Part shown: positions 58,336-64,000 of the stretch, in pieces | Numbering within the stretch: position 1 is the first letter of the stretch | How the letters are laid out: the number at the start of each line of letters is the position of its first letter | Source: an uncultured Gammaproteobacteria bacterium | Lineage (GTDB): Bacteria > Patescibacteriota > Microgenomatia > UBA10105 > UBA927 | Direction: 5' to 3' | Assembly (NCBI GenBank): GCA_964621305.1 | Contig: CAZUOM010000001.1 | Span: 229,448-293,447 of the forward strand | Length of the DNA: 64,000 nt | Made by a program: the position numbers and the translations under genes | Notes under the pieces: generated by a model | What the model saw: the letters and a program-made list of their open reading frames with translations, nothing else | The model's database searches: none | What the model was told of the DNA's origin: nothing

Positions 58336-60018
58336 CTACGATTTTTTCTGTGTTTGAATGAAAAAACCATCATCTCGTATCTCAAAGCCGGTAACAGAAA
58401 CATTCTGAAGATTCGTATTGAGATACCACATGGCCGCCGGAAGCAACCAACTTGAGGCAATACCTGCAAGTGAAAAAATATCTTCATCCGTTGCACCCTT
58501 CAGTTCATCAGGAAACGCTTCGCGCATTTGATCGGAAACTATTTCTAAACTATCCACGCGTATGCCAAGTTTATCATGATCGTCATTTACTAAAACAATG
58601 CGTCCAAAAAAACGTTCAACGTCAATCTCAATAGTTGCTCTTTTTTCTGATTTACGTTCATCGAAAATAATATTCATTTTCTTTTTATCATCATCTTTTA
58701 ATGCTTCATCAATTATGTCGCGACTGATGAAATACCCATCAGATTCGGGAGATGCATCGATGGCGGCTACTATATCCGGCTGTTTTTCCGGCACGTCCAT
58801 GTTACCGAGTACCGTAAAACCATCTTTGGTAACTTGAAAACGGGTAAATTCAATCTGCTGTCCCTCCGATTGCCTGACAAACAGCTCAGGCAAACGGGTA
58901 AACAGAAGGTGGATGCCCTCCGTCGTTTCCGGTATGTCAGAAAATTCATCTTTTTCTCCTTCTGCCATTCGTGCCAGCGGCCGTTCCATGCGTTTACCAA
59001 TGCGTATGGCCAAATCCAATATCTTTTTCACTATCGGATTGAGGACTAATTCTGTCTCGATTCCAACTTTTGAAGCATTCGAGTTGCGCACCACTACTTC
59101 TACGGAGAGGTTATTGACAAACCTCTGAAGCCTGGATAACGGCGTACCGGAAAGATTGAGCCCAAAATCCGCGTGTGCGGTGATTTCTGACGGGTTCTTC
59201 TGCGTAAGCGTGAGATGAAACTTCTTCAGATGGTTGCCCAGTATGGCTTCTTCTACTATCTCAGATACTGATTTTCCTGCGTTATCAACTTGCAATAATC
59301 GAATGCCAATGGCGGCAGCGGTATTGACGCTGTATTCTGTAAGCCCGAGCGGAATGGTGAACTCGTAGGGCAACCGTATGGTAGGCTCTTTTTCTTCTTT
59401 CTTCATTCGTTTGGGCATTTCGGGATCATCTCGGACCATCAAATCAAATACTTTGCTGTCGCCAATGTCCGGAGGCACAAAATCTTTCCCAACGCCTAAT
59501 TTTAGACGAATGGGTAGTTCTGTTGATGATATTTGCTGTATGATTTTTTCTCCTGCTTCATCTGAGAGACGATCAAAACATGGAATGACAATTTCTATCC
59601 CTTCCAAGTTAGCTGCATGAAGAAGTCGGCCCAGTTCTCCCATGGGATCAACACTAAACTCATTGGTCCACTCTTCACGCTGTATGCGATCTGTCTCTGA
59701 TACATCAATCCGATGATTTTTTTGTATGACATCTCTATCATCTGTGAAAGACCAGAAGATATGGTGTGTGAAGGGGTTAAAAAATTTACTATACGATATA
59801 TCATCCTGCGGAGAAAGAATAACCGGAATCGCTAAAATTCCATCTGGGTGTACAGATTTCAGGCCGATGGTCGCGTCGCGAGCTTCGAGTAATTTGCTCA
59901 TTGATCGTTCTCTCTGCCGAAGGCTGCCGCGAAGAAAGGAAATGGGGGCGGCAGAGCCTATCCACTCAGACCCGGCAGGATCTTCTGTGGGGATTTCAGG
60001 CACTAGAGAAGAAGGCAT
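58336..60018 (-). CDS. large hypothetical protein (560 aa), operon member
   Basis: No motif recognised. Its first about 17 codons are duplicated at 60813..60860. Confidence 0.5.
   Translation of the reverse strand: MPSSLVPEIPTEDPAGSEWIGSAAPISFLRGSLRQRERSMSKLLEARDATIGLKSVHPDGILAIPVILSPQDDISYSKFFNPFTHHIFWSFTDDRDVIQKNHRIDVSETDRIQREEWTNEFSVDPMGELGRLLHAANLEGIEIVIPCFDRLSDEAGEKIIQQISSTELPIRLKLGVGKDFVPPDIGDSKVFDLMVRDDPEMPKRMKKEEKEPTIRLPYEFTIPLGLTEYSVNTAAAIGIRLLQVDNAGKSVSEIVEEAILGNHLKKFHLTLTQKNPSEITAHADFGLNLSGTPLSRLQRFVNNLSVEVVVRNSNASKVGIETELVLNPIVKKILDLAIRIGKRMERPLARMAEGEKDEFSDIPETTEGIHLLFTRLPELFVRQSEGQQIEFTRFQVTKDGFTVLGNMDVPEKQPDIVAAIDASPESDGYFISRDIIDEALKDDDKKKMNIIFDERKSEKRATIEIDVERFFGRIVLVNDDHDKLGIRVDSLEIVSDQMREAFPDELKGATDEDIFSLAGIASSWLLPAAMWYLNTNLQNVSVTGFEIRDDGFFIQTQKKS
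59971..60018. repeat. direct repeat copy 1 (about 48 bp) flanking the VapBC cassette
   Basis: cccggcaggatcttctgtggggatttcaggcactagagaagaaggcat versus 60813..60860 with 4 mismatches. Confidence 0.85.
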
Positions 60019-60132
60019 AAAGTAATTGTAGCATATTGCCGCTAGCGCGGCTCTTCCTCATATTAGAATCTGTATTCTAATATGTATATTCTCCTTGACA
60101 ATGCATAGACTGTCTGGTATCGTTGCTCTACC

Positions 60133-60387
60133 ATGAACACCAAAATCATCCCTATCACAGAATTCATCCGCAGGTTCGGAGTCTATAGCCAGCTTCTTCC
60201 TACGCTTTCCGGCCTTATTTTAACCCGTGAGGGCCGCCCGTTTGCGACACTCAGGGCTACGCCGGAGGAAAAAAACCGGCAACTTCTCTCTTTTTTCGGT
60301 CTCTGGAAAGGAACGGACTTGGATAGCGATCTCCTCTGGAAAACCGTTCGCAAACGCCGCAACCGCAAGGCCCTTATCTCTCTCTAA
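60133..60387 (+). CDS. Phd/YefM-family antitoxin
   Basis: 'KIIPITEFIRRFGVYSQLL...LILTREGRPFATL' Phd/YefM-like N-terminus. 4-nt gap to vapC. Confidence 0.5.
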   Translation: MNTKIIPITEFIRRFGVYSQLLPTLSGLILTREGRPFATLRATPEEKNRQLLSFFGLWKGTDLDSDLLWKTVRKRRNRKALISL

Positions 60388-60390
60388 GCT

Positions 60391-60822
60391 ATGACGTATC
60401 TTTTAGATACTTCGGTCATTGTGGGATTATTACGAAGAAACCAGGCAGTGCGTGATTTCCTTGCAGCCCATCAAGACGACACGTTCACCGCCAGTACACT
60501 TTGCGTTTTTGAAATTACCAGCGGTATCTATCGTGCACCGATCAAGGATCAAGCCAGGTATCAAAGCCAGGCAAAGGCAGTATTCGGAACTCTTACGGAA
60601 CTATTGCCATTTACCACAGAGTACGCGGATATTGCCGGCGCAATCCAGGCAGAGCTTGCCAAAAAGGGTAACCTCATTGATGATATCGATATCCTTATTG
60701 CCGCAACCGCACTGGCCAATCACGCCACGCTCGTAACGCTCAATATGCGACATTTCCAGCGTATCAAGGGACTTGCCATTGTCTCCCCCACTGAGAAACG
60801 CCACCACTCGGGCCCGGCATGA
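60391..60822 (+). CDS. vapC: PIN-domain VapC toxin
   Basis: 'YLLDTSVIVGLL' (Asp-5), '...FEI...', 'DILIAATALANHATLVTLNMRHF' PIN acidic residues. Confidence 0.7.
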   Translation: MTYLLDTSVIVGLLRRNQAVRDFLAAHQDDTFTASTLCVFEITSGIYRAPIKDQARYQSQAKAVFGTLTELLPFTTEYADIAGAIQAELAKKGNLIDDIDILIAATALANHATLVTLNMRHFQRIKGLAIVSPTEKRHHSGPA

Positions 60823-60860
60823 TCTTCTGTTGGGATTTCTGGCACAAGAGAAGAAGGCAT
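60813..60860. repeat. direct repeat copy 2 flanking the VapBC cassette (overlaps the vapC stop)
   Basis: See copy 1. Creates a decoy ATG plus 17 codons of the 560-aa gene N-terminus. Confidence 0.85.
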
Positions 60861-60866
60861 CAGCAC

Positions 60867-61682
60867 TTATTTTGAAGTATTTTCCAAAAATTTCTCGAAT
60901 ACATCCTTTTGTGTAGCTTCCGGAGCTGCAAAAAATTCTTCTGCGTTCTGAAGATTAAACGCCTTCACCAGGGCTTTCTGCATCATGTCCAATCTTTCTG
61001 CAGTGGTTCCCGGACGAAAATTTTCTGCTAGTCCCGGTGCCCAATTTCTCAATAGATCGTACACTGTCCGATGTCCTACGTGTCTATCATAGTTATCAAG
61101 CATTTTTACAGAAAGCGCCGCAAGATCTCCTATTGCCTGCCGACGGTCCTCGCTTAAGTTTGCTCCAGTCTGATCAACTGACTCACCCTGACATCGAACG
61201 TTGAGTATGTTGATAAACAATTGACGCTCCTGCTGTGACATGCCAACCACCTTTCCCGGTTCGGTTCCAGCCTTTTTGAAAGCAATATCTGCTTGTTTAT
61301 AAAATCTCTCAATCAGTTGTTTTCGAGCTCTTTCATTTGCGGCTTCTTCTGCTTTAGATTCTCTCTCCGTTTTCCATCTCGCGCCCAACAATTTTTCTGC
61401 TTGTAATTTTTCTACCCTCGTTGCGTTTCTAAGAAACGCTTCTGAAGTAACCCGAAGATATTTATCTATTGTACGTGCTTCACCTAAGAAAGGCGCCTTA
61501 TATCCTTCCGCACGCTCTTCTTTTTTAGGAGCTAATCTAGCGACCCTCTCTGGATCCAAAGTTTTCCTCGGGTCTGTTAACGCCGCATCTGCAACAAACG
61601 CTGGCGCCTCTGGCTTCAGGGGTCCAGGACCTTTATCATGGGTTAAAGCTCTCAATGCTCCTTCTGTATCTATTGATGCCAT
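60867..61682 (-). CDS. hypothetical protein (271 aa), operon member
   Basis: No motif. Charged/helical. Confidence 0.45.
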   Translation of the reverse strand: MASIDTEGALRALTHDKGPGPLKPEAPAFVADAALTDPRKTLDPERVARLAPKKEERAEGYKAPFLGEARTIDKYLRVTSEAFLRNATRVEKLQAEKLLGARWKTERESKAEEAANERARKQLIERFYKQADIAFKKAGTEPGKVVGMSQQERQLFINILNVRCQGESVDQTGANLSEDRRQAIGDLAALSVKMLDNYDRHVGHRTVYDLLRNWAPGLAENFRPGTTAERLDMMQKALVKAFNLQNAEEFFAAPEATQKDVFEKFLENTSK

Positions 61683-61743
61683 ATTTTTGCCTTATCTATT
61701 CTGAATTTTAGTATCAAAAATAATCCCTTGTCAATGCCCAATT

Positions 61744-62181
61744 TCACGCGGTTGTGGCGGAGGCAACCGTTGCCCAGTCGTCCTGGTCGATAGCCGTCAA
61801 GACTGACTGCACGCGTGCTTTCTCTGCCTCGTCAGGGGCAGTATTGAGTATATCCAGCCGCTCTTGGAAATTGGCTTTCACGAGGTCTTTTTTCATCGCC
61901 AGCAGCTTGGCCCTTACGTAATCGTCAAAGTCCGGAAACTTTTGCTTCAGAAACTCCATGGCCTGGGGTTTGGTTGCAGGATCTGCCGAAAGCTTATTAA
62001 ACTCGTCAATATCCTCCTCGGTCATATAAAGCGGTAGGTCTTCTGCTGCCATGGCACTAAAGGCACCCTCTAACAGCTCGTTGGTGTAGCCTTCCCGTTC
62101 TTCGGGCGTCAAGTGGGACAGGCCCAACAGCTTAAACAAATCAAGTTCTTCCAGTGTTACTTTTTTGGGTTGATCATCCAT
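61744..62181 (-). CDS. acidic hypothetical protein (145 aa), operon member
   Basis: No motif. pI clearly acidic (many D/E). Confidence 0.4.
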   Translation of the reverse strand: MDDQPKKVTLEELDLFKLLGLSHLTPEEREGYTNELLEGAFSAMAAEDLPLYMTEEDIDEFNKLSADPATKPQAMEFLKQKFPDFDDYVRAKLLAMKKDLVKANFQERLDILNTAPDEAEKARVQSVLTAIDQDDWATVASATTA

Positions 62182-62221
62182 ATGTATCTATTAAAAAGCC
62201 AAAAGCCGCTGTTGTCAAGGA

Positions 62222-63997
62222 TTACTTTCTGATGAGGCTAAGCGGTATCTTAAGTTTGGCTTCCTTACCTACATAGTGCCAGAGCTCCTTTAGTTTTCTC
62301 ACTGCATCGGCTTTTGAAGTAGCATCGCCTGTTTGAGCAGATGCAACGAGGCTAGCGATTTTATCCTGATCCAATCCCGCGGGAGTAATAAGTCCCTCTA
62401 GTGTCGCAATAACATTCGTATTCTTTACCGCTTTTGCCATAGCAAGGGAACGATTCCAGTACTCAACATTGTCACTATTGGCCTTGGCCATCTCTCCTAA
62501 TATGGTATTGGTGTCTTTCCAAAGATGCGGATCGCTGACTCCTTTCTCCCTCATGTAGGCAAAAACCGTATCGCCGACGGTTTTATTGACCGTCACGGTG
62601 TCAAAGGTCGGAGCGATCGGAGCGGTCGGAGGCGCCGGGGGAACCTCAACTCTCTCCTGGAGCTTCTGATACACGTCTTTTTGCTTCATTTTCTCCAACT
62701 CCTCAGGCGTAAACGTTCTGTCTTCTGGCACAGGCGGAGCCGCTGGTGCTTCTTGGGCAGGTACTTCTCCTAGTCGAATCGCCCAGTCAAAAACAGAAAA
62801 TACATTAATGGCCTTTGCTGCGGCCGTCAAGCTCCTGCCTGTGACATAGGCAGCTTCCAGCCCAAACCTATTGATGTCACCTCTCCTAGACTCGGAGAGG
62901 ATCTGCGTAAGCTCATTGGCAAGTTCTTTATCTTCCGCTGCCGGGCTATCTTTAAGTTGCGCAATAGCACTTAGACTCATGTCTCGAAAATCCCTATACA
63001 ATTTATTGAGCCTATCTATCCTACTATTGGGACTTTGCAGGGTTTCTGGATTTTCTATGGATTTGAGATAATCAGTTTCACGGAAGTACCCCACCTCCCT
63101 ATCCCGACCTAATTGTCTGGTCATTTTAACAAGATTTAATCGAAAGAGTCGTGCGTCATGAGATGTTGAATCCAAGCCTTCTCTCACCGCAGCCTTAATG
63201 TCCTCAATATTAAAGTCAGAATTGAGTACTTCGTTGATCATTCCCCTCACTCTTTGGTTTTCCGCTCCGCGTTCAATGGAAAAGGCTCGGACGGCTAGCT
63301 GACCCGCGCGGACCTCCGTGCCCCGGCCAAGGGCGCCAAAAAACCTGCCCACCGTCTCCAATCGCCCCCGCCACCCCTTGTTTTCACTCTTTTTAAACGA
63401 CACATCCTCGGCCATCATACTCGCGAGCCCCCGTCCCCTCCACATTTCTGAAGCGCCACGCGCTCCCGAAAGAGCCGCTCCTGCCCCTGCGGCAACGAGG
63501 AGGCCTGCGCCACCGGTTAAAATCATGGCGTAATCTTTTGCCAGTGCGGTACCCACGCCAACTGCCGTGGCACCGACGAGGTCTTTGCGGCTAGCCCACA
63601 TTCCGGCAACGAAATTCTTGGTGAATTCGTAAATCTTCTTCTGACGAGGAGAAGGTGTTTCCGGAGCCACTGTTGCTCCGCCCAGTTCCGGTTTGACAAA
63701 GCGCTTATCCCACTCAGCCCGCCACCGGGTCGCTATCTCCCGCAACCATTGGCCCTTCTGAATTTGCCCTTTGCGTTCTGCAACAGGCAGATCTCTCGTC
63801 CTCCTCCTATCATCTTCCAAAGATCCCTGAAAAGCTTTACCTAGTGGTATTAATAAGGTGAGTCTGTCCTTTGCCCGCTCTATTATGCCTTTACGGGCCG
63901 CTACGGCACGAGATGTCAACTGGGCAACACTATCTTCAGACGGTTTGGTTGCCACAGGCTTCTTTTCGCCACGAGTCTTCTTCTCAGATACCGGCAC
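62222..63997 (-). CDS. large membrane-associated hypothetical protein with glycine-zipper hydrophobic segment (partial, continues beyond the window)
   Basis: 'LVGATAVGVGTALAKDYAMILTGGAGLLVAAGAGAALSGARGA' GxxxG-rich TM segment. Pro/Ala-rich linker 'PAQEAPAAPPVPE...VPPAPPTAPIAPT'. The ORF reaches the window edge. Confidence 0.45.
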   Translation of the reverse strand: MPVSEKKTRGEKKPVATKPSEDSVAQLTSRAVAARKGIIERAKDRLTLLIPLGKAFQGSLEDDRRRTRDLPVAERKGQIQKGQWLREIATRWRAEWDKRFVKPELGGATVAPETPSPRQKKIYEFTKNFVAGMWASRKDLVGATAVGVGTALAKDYAMILTGGAGLLVAAGAGAALSGARGASEMWRGRGLASMMAEDVSFKKSENKGWRGRLETVGRFFGALGRGTEVRAGQLAVRAFSIERGAENQRVRGMINEVLNSDFNIEDIKAAVREGLDSTSHDARLFRLNLVKMTRQLGRDREVGYFRETDYLKSIENPETLQSPNSRIDRLNKLYRDFRDMSLSAIAQLKDSPAAEDKELANELTQILSESRRGDINRFGLEAAYVTGRSLTAAAKAINVFSVFDWAIRLGEVPAQEAPAAPPVPEDRTFTPEELEKMKQKDVYQKLQERVEVPPAPPTAPIAPTFDTVTVNKTVGDTVFAYMREKGVSDPHLWKDTNTILGEMAKANSDNVEYWNRSLAMAKAVKNTNVIATLEGLITPAGLDQDKIASLVASAQTGDATSKADAVRKLKELWHYVGKEAKLKIPLSLIRK

Positions 63998-64000
63998 CTC

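Noticed and set aside
1-64000. CRISPR array or cas genes
   Set aside because: No spacer-repeat array with regular period was seen. The only regular tandem repeat is the 8-bp microsatellite at 14698..14758, which is far too short for CRISPR.
1-64000. Alternative genetic code (UGA recoding as in Gracilibacteria/Absconditabacteria)
   Set aside because: Conserved genes (mreB, rplA/J/K/L, galU, ndk, nusG) are full length under the standard code, so there is no need to invoke code 25.

Overview
This 64-kb window looks like a small-genome bacterium, probably Candidate Phyla Radiation/Patescibacteria (inference from gene content; about 48% GC, standard genetic code). A conserved backbone is present: secE-nusG-rplK-rplA...rplJ-rplL, galU, deoC, rpe, mreB, maf, ndk, an M16 peptidase, tRNA-Arg and tRNA-Pro, and a glycosyltransferase/GalT-like/WecB sugar cluster. 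Accessory modules are inserted densely into it. These include three AbiEi/AbiEii-like type IV toxin-antitoxin pairs, one of them inside the ribosomal-protein operon between rplA and rplJ, plus a relic AbiEii fragment. There is also a RelE/YoeB-RHH pair, an MNT/HEPN pair with a frameshifted HEPN, a Phd-VapC cassette flanked by about 48-bp direct repeats, and an orphan BrnA-like antitoxin. Two paralogous REP-associated tyrosine transposases (RAYTs) each carry their cognate palindromic REP flanking and inside their own CDS, with one REP copy inserted in-frame in the M16 peptidase. An IS481-like transposase is interrupted by an in-frame TAA. Other notable genes are a serpin, a Ser/Thr-kinase/PP2C-phosphatase pair, a fused archaeal-type PPAT + DUF359 (dephospho-CoA-kinase-like) gene, a radical-SAM enzyme next to a frameshifted PLP-enzyme, and a block of six unannotatable genes (26.5-31.2 kb). 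The best candidate for an undescribed system is a tight minus-strand operon of at least six large proteins with no recognisable domains (56.1 kb to the window end). It includes a glycine-zipper membrane protein and was split by the VapBC insertion. A composite AT-rich motif family (TTGTTACATTGCT / ACATTGTTAA / AACAATGTAACAAT) recurs in three promoter regions. A stop-codon-rich octamer tandem repeat sits between rplK and rplA.
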